Program-made: the position numbers and the translations under genes | Shown: positions 44,683 through 55,004 of the stretch, piece by piece | How positions within the stretch are numbered: position 1 is the stretch's first letter | How the letters are laid out: every line of letters starts with the position of its first letter | The notes under the pieces: generated by a model | What the model was told of the DNA's origin: nothing | What the model saw: only the letters and a program-made list of their open reading frames with translations | Database searches by the model: none | Origin: a virus | Lineage: Duplodnaviria; Heunggongvirae; Uroviricota; Caudoviricetes | Reading direction: 5' to 3' (one strand) | Length of the DNA stretch: 62,731 bases | IMG/VR virus record: IMGVR_UViG_3300037510_000569 | Span: 1 to 62,731 of that record

Positions 44683-45465
44683 GTGCTGCACACCGTCTCG
44701 CTGATCAACGCTTCGACCGTCGTCACCGACGTGGAAACCGCTGCGATAGCCCGTGCTCTCCAGCGCCAGGTCAACCGCGACTACCGCCCGATCTGGGGAA
44801 CCAACGCCGCGGTCGTCCCCGTCTTCAGGGGCCAGCCGCCGCCGCCGGGCACTTGGTGGCTGGTGATCCTCGACGACATGGATGTCGCCGGCGCCCTGGG
44901 CTACCACGACCTCACCTCTGAGGGTCTGCCGATCGGCAAGGTCGGCGCGAAGACCGATCTCGAGTTCGGGGCGAAGGTCAGCGTGACCTGCTCGCACGAG
45001 CTGCTTGAGATGCTGGGCGACCCCGAAATCAACCTCCTGGTTGAAGACCCCGACGCTGGCCGCCTCTATGCCTACGAGAACTGCGACGCGGTGGAGTCCG
45101 ACGATCTCGCCTACGAGGTCCTGGGCCAGATGGTCTCCGACTTCGTGCTGCCCGCCTACTTCAACCCCTACCGACGTGGCAACGAGCCTCTGTCCTTCCG
45201 CGGCAACGTCTCCAACCCCTTCGAACTGGCACCGGGCGGCTACCTGAGCTACCGCGAGGTCGGCGACAGCGCGTGGAAACAGGTCTTCGCCAAGACGCGC
45301 AGCGGGGACCTTCTCCGCGTCAAGCCCGGCGAGACCGCTCCCGAGCGCCAGGAGCGGCAGCGCAAGCCTGGCTTCCCCGCGGGATCACGTCGCCAGCGCC
45401 GCCTGAAGCTCAGCGAGGGAAAGGGCCTGGAGCGCAGCAACGCGCACATCGTCTTCGATGCCTGA
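44683..45465 (+). CDS. putative zincin-like metallopeptidase
   Basis: GALGYHD...CSHELLEMLGDP...YENCDAVE. Confidence 0.55.
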   Translation: MLHTVSLINASTVVTDVETAAIARALQRQVNRDYRPIWGTNAAVVPVFRGQPPPPGTWWLVILDDMDVAGALGYHDLTSEGLPIGKVGAKTDLEFGAKVSVTCSHELLEMLGDPEINLLVEDPDAGRLYAYENCDAVESDDLAYEVLGQMVSDFVLPAYFNPYRRGNEPLSFRGNVSNPFELAPGGYLSYREVGDSAWKQVFAKTRSGDLLRVKPGETAPERQERQRKPGFPAGSRRQRRLKLSEGKGLERSNAHIVFDA

Positions 45466-47588
45466 GACTGTCATCAGCGCCTACACGATCGACCACGGCG
45501 GCGAGTTCGCCGTGAACCATGTCGAGGTCGTGCGGACCGGCCGCCTGGAGCACGGCGTCTTCACCTTCGTTTCCCGCTCCATGTCGCCCTCGAGCTTGCC
45601 CAGACGACCCCGCCAGAACACCTCGTTGGCTGACGCGATGGACAGAGCACCGCGGCGGATCAACGTCGGCAGCAGCGAGCCGGTCGGCCCGCGCACCGCC
45701 TTCCTCAAGCGCTCGCCGCCGGGTGAATGGGGCCGCTGGTGCGTCTGGCGTCAGCGCGAGGACGGCTCCTTCGACCTGACGACTTGCCATGTCTTCCGCT
45801 GGCACGCGCGCCTCTGCGCGCGCCTGTACGAGCGCAGGGGCAAGGTCCGGGGTTACGCGCCGTGATCGTCATGCGGGAGTTCGAGTGCGAGGACTGCGGC
45901 CAGCGGGTGATCGAACTGCGCGGCCCCGATGGGATGAAGCTGATCCTCGACTGGCACGCCTCGCCGGCGGGCAACATCGTCATCAAGGGCCACAAGGCGA
46001 CGGTGCTGCGCAACGCGAAAAGAGCGCGCAAATTCCTGGAGCTGGCTGGCGTTCCGGATGCCGATCGCTACCTCGTCCATGCCTGTTGGGGTAAGAAGAA
46101 AGCTCCGAAGAAGGCCAAGAGGAAGCGATGATGGAGCGCACCCTGCTAGGCAACGCCTGGATCACCGAGCACGACCGCCGCGAGATCGCCGCGTTCCGGC
46201 GTTTCCTCAACCTGGCGGGGCCACCGGCCGATCCGGGCGTCCCGCGGCGCTACCCCGGCTGGATTCCCTACATCCTCGGCCACTTCTTCTGGTCGGGCGT
46301 CTGGGGGCCGCACGAGCGGAGCCTGCACCCACCGGAGGGCTTCGACGAGGTGCCCGTGACCGCCTGGACCTTGCCCGGATGAGCAGGATTGCGGACTCAC
46401 GCGCAGCGGTGCGCGCGGGCGAGCGCCTGCTCGCGGTCAAGGGTTCGATCCGGGGCGCCTGGGAAGGGCTCGGCCTGGGATGGACCTTCGACCAGCTGAT
46501 GGACTACCTGAAGGGCGGCGGCTACGGGTCCATCCCCGAGGATTACCACGGCCAGGTCCTCGGTATCGCCGCCAGCGTCGCCGTCGTCGCCGTCGAGCAG
46601 GAGCGCGACCGGCAGATGCCGGAGCCGCAGGAGAGCGGCACCTTTGTCGTCGAGAAGCGCGAAAGCGGCGTCGTCGGTCCGTTCGGCGGCGATCGCCTCT
46701 GGGGCTCGCTGAACGGCCAGCGCTACTGCGTCCTGCTCAGCCGCGATGTCTTCCCCGACGGCGATCCGCGCTGGCACATCTCGGTTTCCAACGAGGCGCA
46801 CCTACAGCGTGGCCACGATGTCCCCGTCTGGCGCGACTTCGTCGCCATCGTCCACCAGATGCGGCCGGGCGTGCCCTTCGTGCTCGGCATCCCGCCGAGC
46901 AACATGTGGATGAACAAGAACCCCAACGTGCTGCACGCGCTCGAGGTCAAGGACGAGGCGTTGATCCGCGAGTGGCGGCGCCACGCCGACGCTGTACGAG
47001 GCACCGACGCTGCGACTCCATCGTGATCCTGCGCGCGCTGCTGAAAGAACACGGCATCGACCCCAACGCGCTCCTTCGAGCTGAGGTCGGCGGCCCGCTG
47101 AAAGACGGCGGCGGCATCACCTTGCGCCTCGAGGACGGCGTGATCGACATCCACATCATCGTCCCCCAGAACGCGCTGCCCAGGGAGAAGAAATGAAGCT
47201 GGGGCGCGGCGGAGAAGGGCCCTGGGAGGACCGCTCAGAGATGTTCATCAAGCTCGCGCGCTCGGAGGGCAACAAAGACGTGGTGGCAGGGCACCTGAAC
47301 CGCGACTACGCCGTCCAGCGCCGCCAGTACGTCTCCCACCCCGGCATCGACCTGCTGACCGTCATGCGCCACGACAAAGCCAACCAGCATCCGGGCTGGG
47401 CGGTGCTCCAGTCGATCAAGAACAAGCTCGCGCCCGACGGCACCGAGCGCTTCGGCATGGAGGTCTTCCCGCCAGCGCGCTTCGTAATCGACAACAGCCA
47501 TCTCTGGCACGTCTGGGTCATGCCGCTGGGCTGGGAGCCTGGCTTCGGCTTCCATTCCGACCAGAAAGGCGGGGGGCTGAAGATTTGA
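45458..47588 (+). other. run of hypothetical CDSs
   Basis: 45458-45865, 45862-46131, 46128-46382, 46379-47026, 47023-47196, 47193-47588. Confidence 0.6.
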
Positions 47589-47998
47589 TGCTGGAGCTTG
47601 AGCGGCTGGCGAGAGAGAAGGCGTTGGTGCAGCCAGTGCCGTTGGGGACTGAGCTTGCCTTCGGCACGCTGGGAGAACGCGACGAGCTCGTCCACCTCTA
47701 CTCCTGGGCGATTCCCAACGAGGACGCGCTGCGCGCGATCGCCGCGCATGGTCCGATCCTCGAGGTCGGCGCCGGCAACGGCTACTGGGCGCAGCTCCTG
47801 ACCGAACGCGGCGTCGATGTCCTCGCCTTCGACCCCGTGCCATTCGCCGAGGGCCACTACGCCGAAGTCGAAAGCACCAGCGTCATCTGCCGGGACGGGT
47901 CGAGCTGGATTCAGGAGTACCACGGCGAAGACGCCGAAAACGAATTTGAGTCGCCCGAAGAAGTTCGCGAGCGCCAGCGCGGAGAACCCAGCGAATAG
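47585..47998 (+). pseudogene. truncated class I SAM-methyltransferase-like protein
   Basis: YSWAIP..ILEVGAGNGYWA..VDVLAFD, then the sequence diverges and stops early. Confidence 0.5.
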
Positions 47999-48028
47999 CT
48001 TGCCGATGCAGCGGCTACCCTGGCCCGC

Positions 48029-48783
48029 ATGACCGATCTGCGAGAGGGTGACAGTGGACTGCCGCTTGGTCTGATCCAGGCGTTTGATCCCGCTCCGGCA
48101 CCCCAGCCCCGTCGGTCGTCGTTGAGGTCGGTCGCCGCCAGGCTCGCAGAGGCGGCGGCAATTCAAGTCGACGAGCTGGCCTACAAGCTGCTCGGCTCGA
48201 ACAAATTCCGGCTCGAACGCTGGGCGCACGAATACGGCCCGATCGTCAACACCCGCCGCTGGGTGCAGCGGGCTCGCCGCGGCTGGGCGATCGAAGACAC
48301 CTTCTCCTTCGACGAGTACCTCGCGCGGGTCATCGTCGAAGGGCTGACCGAGCTCCGCAACCGCGACCTCGCCCACCCCGGCGGCCTGACGATGGAGGAG
48401 TGGCGGGCGGTCCTCGACGAGATCATCATCGGCTTCAAGACCTTCCTCGACGAGGAGAAGCGCTTCAGCAACGACCCCGCGGTGCGCGAGAAAATGGACC
48501 GAGGTTGGGAGCTTTTCCGGGAGTGGTTCCCGGCTCTTTGGGACTGATGCCCGACCGCCCCGACAACATGGACCTCTTCTGGGCGTGGCTGTGCTTCCTG
48601 GGTTCCTGCTTCATGGCCGCGTCGGTTGCGGCGGCGCCGGAAGCGACGATGGGCTACGTCATCTGGCTCGTCAATTGCATTGGCTCGGGCTTCTTCTGGC
48701 AGCGCTTCTGGACCACCCGCGACAAGTGGCGGAACTGGCAGAAGGCACGCGAGGACGAACGCACCGAGGAGGAATCCTCGTGA
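48029..48783 (+). other. hypothetical CDS and small 2-TM CDS
   Basis: 48029-48547 and 48547-48783. Confidence 0.6.
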
Positions 48784-49319
48784 GGGAGCTTCCCGATGCC
48801 GCGCTCCAGGACCAGATGATGAAAGCCGCCGCTGCGGAGGCGCGCGAAGTCCAGATCGAGCTTTTCGTCGCCGAATCCAACCGGATCGAGCAGATCGAGC
48901 GCGAGCCACTGCCGGAGGAGATCGAGGCACACCGCCAGTTCCTCTACCTGAGCGAGATCACCGTAGAGCGCCTCGAGCGCTTCGTCGCCGTGGTCGAGCC
49001 CCGCGCGCGCCTGCGCCGGCGCAAGGGCCAGAACGTGACGGTCCAAGAACGAGGCAAGGTGCTGCATCGTCCACAGGAAGGTGGTCCGGTGATCGAGGTG
49101 CGGCTCAACCAAATCCTCGAAGGGATCGAGGAGGGGCGCCTCTCACCCGCCCAGGCGCACTACGCCTACGAGACGCTTCACCCCTTCACCGACGGCAACG
49201 GCCGCTCCGGCCGGGTGCTTTGGGCCTGGCACATGGAGAAGATCGGCAAGGACCCCTTCTCCCTCGCCTTCCTCCATCGCTGGTATTACGAATCTCTTGA
49301 AGCCCTAAGGCAACGTTGA
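48780..49319 (+). CDS. fic: Fic-domain protein
   Basis: HPFTDGNGRSGR catalytic motif; N-terminal ESNRIEQ resembling the inhibitory (S/T)xxxE(G/N) motif. Confidence 0.9.
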   Translation: MRELPDAALQDQMMKAAAAEAREVQIELFVAESNRIEQIEREPLPEEIEAHRQFLYLSEITVERLERFVAVVEPRARLRRRKGQNVTVQERGKVLHRPQEGGPVIEVRLNQILEGIEEGRLSPAQAHYAYETLHPFTDGNGRSGRVLWAWHMEKIGKDPFSLAFLHRWYYESLEALRQR

Positions 49320-49705
49320 ATCGGGGCGAAGAAACTGCTTGGGCGGCGGGTTTGTTTGAGGGCGAGGGTTGCGTCTCTCGGTACATCACGACCAAGCGCT
49401 CTCGGCAATACGGCTACTGGCAGACCAAGTTGAGCAGCACGGATCTCGATGTTGTCGAGCGATTTTGCGAGATCGTTGGTGTTGGACGAATCTATGTGCA
49501 AAAGCGCTCCAATCCCGATTGGAAGCCTGCCTATCAGCACTGCATCTACCGCCAGCCGGAGGTACTTGCCACGCTGGAGCTTCTTCGTCCTTTCATGCTG
49601 GCGCGGCGTGCCGCCAAGATCGACGAGGCACTTACCGAGATGCGCGGGCGTGTTTACAAGCCGGGCCGGCGAGCAACGCCTCAGCGCGAGCTTGCCTCCC
49701 GCTAA
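49316..49705 (+). CDS. single-motif LAGLIDADG-type endonuclease
   Basis: AWAAGLFEGEGC motif, GVGRIY; lower GC than its neighbours. Confidence 0.75.
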   Translation: MNRGEETAWAAGLFEGEGCVSRYITTKRSRQYGYWQTKLSSTDLDVVERFCEIVGVGRIYVQKRSNPDWKPAYQHCIYRQPEVLATLELLRPFMLARRAAKIDEALTEMRGRVYKPGRRATPQRELASR

Positions 49706-49736
49706 ACTTCTTGGCAACCGACCAAGGGAGTCCTCG

Positions 49737-50152
49737 ATGTACGACAAGCGCTTCTACGCGCTGCTGGCTGTGATCTTCTTGCTGGGCTTGTTTCTGGGTC
49801 TCGCTGGCAGGCTCTTTGTCGTCTTCTTCATCGTCCTGCTCGTCCTGCTCGCGGTAGCCCTCGCGTCCCTCGCAAGGCGGCGGCGGTGAGACACCCGATC
49901 CGTCGCATCCGGGTCCAGATCGCGCTGTGGCAGATGCGCCGCGCCGGTCACCTGAGCCGCGAACGCGACGAGAACGGCAAGTGGCTCTACAGCCTGACCG
50001 AGGAGGGGAAGCGATGGACCGAGCGCGAACAGGAGCGCCGCGGAGAAGCCCGCATGGTCGCCCACGAGCAACGCAGGCTCCCGCGCGTGCCCGCCAACGG
50101 GCGCGAGGTCGCCGCCGAGCAGATGCTTCGCGGGAACTGGTGGCCACGATGA
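49737..50152 (+). other. small TM peptide and winged-HTH-like CDS
   Basis: 49737-49889 (hydrophobic), 49886-50152 (WLYSLTEEGKRW). Confidence 0.55.
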
Positions 50153-50293
50153 AGACCTACGTTGCGGCGGGCCGTGGCTTCATCCTGATCGACGGCTGGA
50201 AAGGTCCCTGATCGTGTCTTGGTGGCAACGACTCGTTCGCCGCTGGAACCGTCGCTATGGTCGGCACCCCGTGCTGGAAGGAGTCTCAGGCTG

Positions 50294-52114
50294 ATGGCGA
50301 CGATCACCGACCTCTTCTGCGGGGCTGGCGGCTCGAGCATCGGCGCTGAGATGGCGGGGGGCGAGCTGCGCCTCGGCCTGAACCACTGGCCGCGCGCGAT
50401 CGAGACCCACGCGACCAACTTCCAGCACGCCGATCACGACTGCAACGACGTGTCGGCGTTGACCACGGCGCAGATCAGGGGCTACCCAGACTCCGACATC
50501 CTGCTCGCCTCACCGGAGTGTACGAACCACTCCCTCGCCAAAGGCGGGCGGCGCCGCAAACCGCAGCGCGGCTCGCTGTGGGAGGACGGCCCAGCTGGGG
50601 ATGCCGAGCAGGAACGCTCGAGGGCGACGATGTGGGATGTCGTCCGCTTCGCCGAGCAGAAGCTGTTGAAGGGCAAGCCCTACAAGATCATCGTCGTCGA
50701 GAACGTCGTGGACTCCTTCAAGTGGGGCTACGAAGACGACGGCGGACTCTTCCGAGCTTGGCTGGAGGCGATGCGGGCGCTCGGCTACGAGCACGAGATT
50801 CTCTGGCTCAATTCGATGTTCTGTCACCCGACCCCGCAGTCTCGGGACCGCATGTACGTGGTCTTCTGGAAGCGCGGCATGGTCGCGCCGAACCTGCGCG
50901 TCGAGCCCTTCGGCTGGTGCCCTCACTGCGAGAAAGCGATCAACGGTCGGCAGACCTGGAAGAAGCCGACTCTGCCTTGGGGCCGCTACGGGGCGCAGTA
51001 CTTCTTCTCCTGTCCGCTGTGCAACGGGGCGATGCTTCCCGGCGTCTTCCCGGCCGCCTCGGCGATCGACTGGAGCCTGCCCGCCGAGCGGATCGGCGAT
51101 CGCAAGAAACCGCTGGCCCAGGCGACGCGCGAACGCATCCGCCGCGGCCTGGAGAAGCTCGGCCGTGAACCCTTTGCGATTCGGCTCACCCACGGCGGCT
51201 CGCCGAAGCCGCTCACCCTGCCGATCGTCACGCTGACCCAGCGCCACGATATGGCGATGGTGATGCCGGTGGCCGGTAACACCTTCGAACGGACGCCGGG
51301 CAATCGCGCCCGCGACGCCGACGCTCAGCCCTGCGACACCGTTCACACGACGCTCGATCGCGCGATGGTCGTGCCGCCGATGGGGAACGTCGCCCCGCGC
51401 GACGCCGACGCCGCGCCGGTGCCGACCCAGACGACCTCGACGCGCGCCTCCCTGGTGATGGCGAACACCGAGAACAACGTCCCACGCGACGCTGAGCAAG
51501 AGCCCACGCAGACGCTGCGCACCGAAGGCGGACTGGCGATGGTGATGGCGAACCGCGCTCACAACGTGCCGAGGGACGCCGCCGAGAGCGCGGCGCCGCC
51601 GCTTCTGACCGGCAGCCACCTCGCCGTCGTCATGCGCAACAACAAAGGCGGCGCGGAGATGTCCACCCCTGCCGACAAAGAGCCGATCAGGACGCTGACG
51701 GCGGGATGCCACCAGTCTCTGATCGTGCCCTACGACCGCACCGGGGAGCCGCGGCCGGACTCCGAGCCGACGCCGACGTTGACCACGCGCGATCGCCTGG
51801 CGATGCTGGTCCCCTTCACGCGCGAGGCGCGCCCGCGCGATGTCGATCGAGAGCCGCTGACGACGACGACCGCGGAAGGACCGCCAGCGATCGTCCTCAC
51901 CGAGGAGGACATAGACGCCTGCCGCTTCCGCATGTTCGACCTCCACGAGATCGCCGAGGCGATGTCGATGCACACGCACGTCGACGGCGGCGAATACGTC
52001 GTCCTCGGCAACAAGCGCGAGAAAATGGCGCAGTACGGCAACGCGGTCACGCCGCCGGCGATGCGCTGGATTCTGGAAAGGTGCCTGCCGGTCCTGGGGA
52101 GTGCGGGCGGTTGA
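50294..52114 (+). CDS. C5-cytosine DNA methyltransferase with internal repeats
   Basis: TDLFCGAGG, LASPECTNHS, VVENV, QSRDR, YGNAVTPP. Confidence 0.9.
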   Translation: MATITDLFCGAGGSSIGAEMAGGELRLGLNHWPRAIETHATNFQHADHDCNDVSALTTAQIRGYPDSDILLASPECTNHSLAKGGRRRKPQRGSLWEDGPAGDAEQERSRATMWDVVRFAEQKLLKGKPYKIIVVENVVDSFKWGYEDDGGLFRAWLEAMRALGYEHEILWLNSMFCHPTPQSRDRMYVVFWKRGMVAPNLRVEPFGWCPHCEKAINGRQTWKKPTLPWGRYGAQYFFSCPLCNGAMLPGVFPAASAIDWSLPAERIGDRKKPLAQATRERIRRGLEKLGREPFAIRLTHGGSPKPLTLPIVTLTQRHDMAMVMPVAGNTFERTPGNRARDADAQPCDTVHTTLDRAMVVPPMGNVAPRDADAAPVPTQTTSTRASLVMANTENNVPRDAEQEPTQTLRTEGGLAMVMANRAHNVPRDAAESAAPPLLTGSHLAVVMRNNKGGAEMSTPADKEPIRTLTAGCHQSLIVPYDRTGEPRPDSEPTPTLTTRDRLAMLVPFTREARPRDVDREPLTTTTAEGPPAIVLTEEDIDACRFRMFDLHEIAEAMSMHTHVDGGEYVVLGNKREKMAQYGNAVTPPAMRWILERCLPVLGSAGG

Positions 52115-52257
52115 GTCCCTTGGTCGCGCTGCGCTTCCTGGTGCTCGGCGCTGTCGTCGGCGGATTGCTCTTGCTCTTTGGCGCTCCGCTTTGGGCCTAC
52201 TACGTCGCGTTCGCCGCGACGCCCCTTCTCGTGCTCGAGCTTCGCCGCGATGCCTGA
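52111..52257 (+). CDS. small membrane protein
   Basis: TTGA-coupled, two TM helices. Confidence 0.5.
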   Translation: MSPLVALRFLVLGAVVGGLLLLFGAPLWAYYVAFAATPLLVLELRRDA

Positions 52258-52687
52258 CCCCTTCCTCGTCGTCGATGCCTCCTTCGACGAAAACCTCAAG
52301 ATGGCTGGCATCGCTGCGGCCTGGGACACCGGCCGGGTGATCGCCACCGAGGTCGCCAGCGCACCCAACGGCAACGTCGCCGAGGTCCTGGCTGCGATCC
52401 GCGCGACCTCCTTCCTTGCTGCTCGCCAGGAACACGGCCTGACGATCGTCACCGATGCCGTGTTCATCATCGACTGCCTCTACGGGGACGGCCAGCGCGG
52501 GGATCAGATGGTGATGGCTCGGATCAAGGACCTCAGACGCTTCCTGGAGCGCCGAGAAGCAACGATGCGCTATGGCGAGCGCCGAGAGGTCAAGGCCGCC
52601 CACAACGCCGCCAGGGGCGCTCTGAAGGCTTGGAAAGCGGGCCGCAAAGAGGAATCGACCTGGCGCTGTCCTGTCGAGGTCACTTAA
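52250..52687 (+). CDS. RNase H-like protein
   Basis: VVDASF, NVAEVLA, IVTDA, AHNAAR match the D-E-D catalytic layout of RNase HI. Confidence 0.7.
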   Translation: MPDPFLVVDASFDENLKMAGIAAAWDTGRVIATEVASAPNGNVAEVLAAIRATSFLAARQEHGLTIVTDAVFIIDCLYGDGQRGDQMVMARIKDLRRFLERREATMRYGERREVKAAHNAARGALKAWKAGRKEESTWRCPVEVT

Positions 52688-52772
52688 CGCAGTTTGCGGG
52701 TTCAACCGCGACGAGCATCGGCTCCGCTCGCTAGCTTCGCGCCTACCAGTCAACGAGATTTCAGGAGGTCCA

Positions 52773-53342
52773 ATGTCCGAGCGTCCGAGGCTCCCCGTCT
52801 CGTTCCTCAAGCAGTTCAAACGCGAACGCCTGATGGAGGCCGCCGCCAGCGTCATCGCCCGCAAGGGCTACAACGACACGATCGTCTCCGACCTCGTGAG
52901 CGAGGCCAAAGTCGCCCGCAACACCTTCTACGAGACCTTCTCCTCCAAAGAGGACTGCTTCCAGTCAACGGTGCGCTGGATAGTCGAGCAGGCCACCGAC
53001 CGGATCGAGACCCAAGTCAACGGCTACACCGACATCAACGAGCGGATCGAGGCGGGGATGGAGGCGCTGGTCGAGTTCGTCCGGGAGTACCCGCACTGGA
53101 CGACCTGCTGCCTGATCGAGGCGCCGGCGGGCGCTCCTGAGCTCTACCAGGAGATGCTCGAGCGCGCAGCGGAGCGCTCCGGCCTACCCGCGCCCGTCAA
53201 CGAGATGGTCGTCGGCGGAGTCGCCTTCATCCTCTACCGCTACGCCCTGGTCGGCGGCGACGGCGACGAGCAGGAGCTTCTCAAGGGGCTGAAGGAGTTC
53301 GCCCAGAACAGCTTCGCTGCGGTCGAGCTACAGACGCGCTAG
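52773..53342 (+). CDS. TetR-family regulator
   Basis: RERLMEAAASVIARKGYNDTIVSDLVSEAKVARNTFYETFSSKEDCF; SD AGGAGG. Confidence 0.9.
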   Translation: MSERPRLPVSFLKQFKRERLMEAAASVIARKGYNDTIVSDLVSEAKVARNTFYETFSSKEDCFQSTVRWIVEQATDRIETQVNGYTDINERIEAGMEALVEFVREYPHWTTCCLIEAPAGAPELYQEMLERAAERSGLPAPVNEMVVGGVAFILYRYALVGGDGDEQELLKGLKEFAQNSFAAVELQTR

Positions 53343-53513
53343 ATGTCCGCGCTGATGGTCTACTGGTGCCCGGCCTGCATGAGGGCCTGGCCGGTCGCCA
53401 GCGGACCGAAGTGCGCAGGATGCGAGAAAGAGCGCGGGACCGCCGACGCTTTCTCGGTGATCGAGCACCTGGTGGCTATGCTCCCCGGACCCGACCCGAC
53501 CAAGGAGACGTAG

Positions 53514-54638
53514 ATGGCGCTGGTGCATCCTGAGTCCCACCCGCTCGCGGACAAGAAGATCAAGGTCGCGCTACGCGGCAATCCGATGCAAGCCCTTCAC
53601 GACGGCGTGGAGATGCGCGTTGAAGACTGGTGGAGCTGGGCGCACGAAGACAACGAGCGCCAGGGCGATCAACCCCAACTGCTCGCTTCGATGAGCCCTG
53701 CAGCGCAGATGTACGTGCTCCGCGCCAAAGCCGCCGGACTCCCGGTTGACGACGACGTGATCTACGGCAAGGTCCGGGTGGCTCCCCCAAAGGGCGTGAT
53801 CGATCTCGGCGGCCAGGGGGTCGGCGTCGGCTACATCATCCACAGCTCCGAGATCGGCGAGGTCGTCCCTGACTGATGGCAAGCTGGAGTGGATGAGCAT
53901 CGAAGCCGAGGCCAAGAATCTGCGCGCTATCAAGGCCGCGATCATCGAGCACAACGGCAACTGCGGGATGCGTATTCTCGCCATCTTGATGAACCCCTTC
54001 GAGGTCGACCGCTTGGGCTGGGACGAGTTCGAAGGCATCCCGATCACCGGCGACTCCAAAATCTGCACGGGAACGTTCCATCTGCTCTGCGAAGGCGACC
54101 ACGGCAAGTCCGAGGTGCAAGAGCGCGAGACAGTGCTGGTCGGCAAGGAGGTCTAAGTGCCCGAGATACCGCTTTACCTTGACGACGCCCATCCCGAGGC
54201 TCGCACGCAGGTCGGAATCGTCCATGTTGATCAGGTCGGCAACGATCTGCAGATCAACGGCACGGTGCGGCTCTTCCCCGGCTTCGAGCACCTCAAGGAT
54301 CAGTTGGGTCAGACCTTGGACGTGACCGCCGGGTTCGGGCCGAATGGGGCCACCTTCGTGCTGCGAGAGAAGCGTTGAGCGAGGAACTCAACCAAGCGCC
54401 CGTCGGTCGGGTAGCGGCGAACCTCATGGAGAGGATCGAAGGCATCGTTGAGCGAGAGGGGCGCTTGCCCAAAATCGGCGTTGTCGCCTTGGTCGTGGAG
54501 CTCGATTGGCCGGCCGAGGAGGAGGGAAGACCTGGCAGCACCGAGGTTCTGTATCACTGCAACGATCCGCGGCGCTGGGTCCAGAAGGGCATCTTCCAAG
54601 CAGCTGCCGCAGCCGTTGATCGCGTCCCCGAGGTCTAG
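53514..54638 (+). other. run of hypothetical CDSs
   Basis: 53514-53876, 53893-54156, 54157-54378, 54375-54638. Confidence 0.6.
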
Positions 54639-54645
54639 TCAACTT

Positions 54646-54654
54646 TGTTAACGT
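54646..54654 (+). promoter_or_regulatory. extended -10 promoter TGtTAACGT
   Basis: TGn-TAnnnT just upstream of the ncRNA/tRNA-Ala/tRNA-Cys unit. Confidence 0.5.
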
Positions 54655-54668
54655 AGTTGGCGAGCCTC

Positions 54669-54826
54669 TGGCGAAGGGGCGGGCACGGTGGCCTAGCACC
54701 AGCCACGGGCAAGGAGCGCTTGGGCCGAAGCGGGGCGAGAGGACCGGATACCGCCTCAAGCCGCAGTCGGTCGCGTTGGCGCAGTCGAAGATCGGGGTGG
54801 CACCCCGGCGCCTTGCCCCTTCGTCA
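54669..54826 (+). ncRNA. multi-branched structured ncRNA, unknown class
   Basis: 15-bp P1 54669-54683/54812-54826 with 3 G-U pairs; inner GTGGC/GCCAC, CAAG/CTTG, GAGG/CCTC, CGGGGT/ACCCCG. Confidence 0.65.
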
Positions 54827-54850
54827 CGCTCCACTTGTATTCTGGATAGC

Positions 54851-54923
54851 GGGCCTGTAGCTCCAACGGAAGAGCGGCTCCCTTGCAAGGAGAAGGTTCC
54901 GGGTTCGAATCCCGGCTGGTCCA
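54851..54923 (+). tRNA. tRNA-Ala(TGC)
   Basis: G3-U70, CT TGC AA, CCGGG TTCGAAT CCCGG, A73. Confidence 0.9.
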
Positions 54924-54925
54924 CT

Positions 54926-54998
54926 CCCCGGTAGGAATCCGGGCGGCTCGTATCCGGTAGGCGTTGCCCTGAGCCGGGCGACCGCCGCTCTACCGGGG
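54926..54998 (+). ncRNA. long hairpin spacer between tRNAs
   Basis: CCCCGGTAG/CTACCGGGG plus GGCGG/CCGCC and CCGG/CCGG. Confidence 0.4.
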
Positions 54999-55004
54999 AT
55001 ACGC

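Noticed and set aside
52699-52716. T-arm-like hairpin GCGGGTTCAACCGC as a tRNA fragment
   Set aside because: No acceptor, D or anticodon arm nearby.
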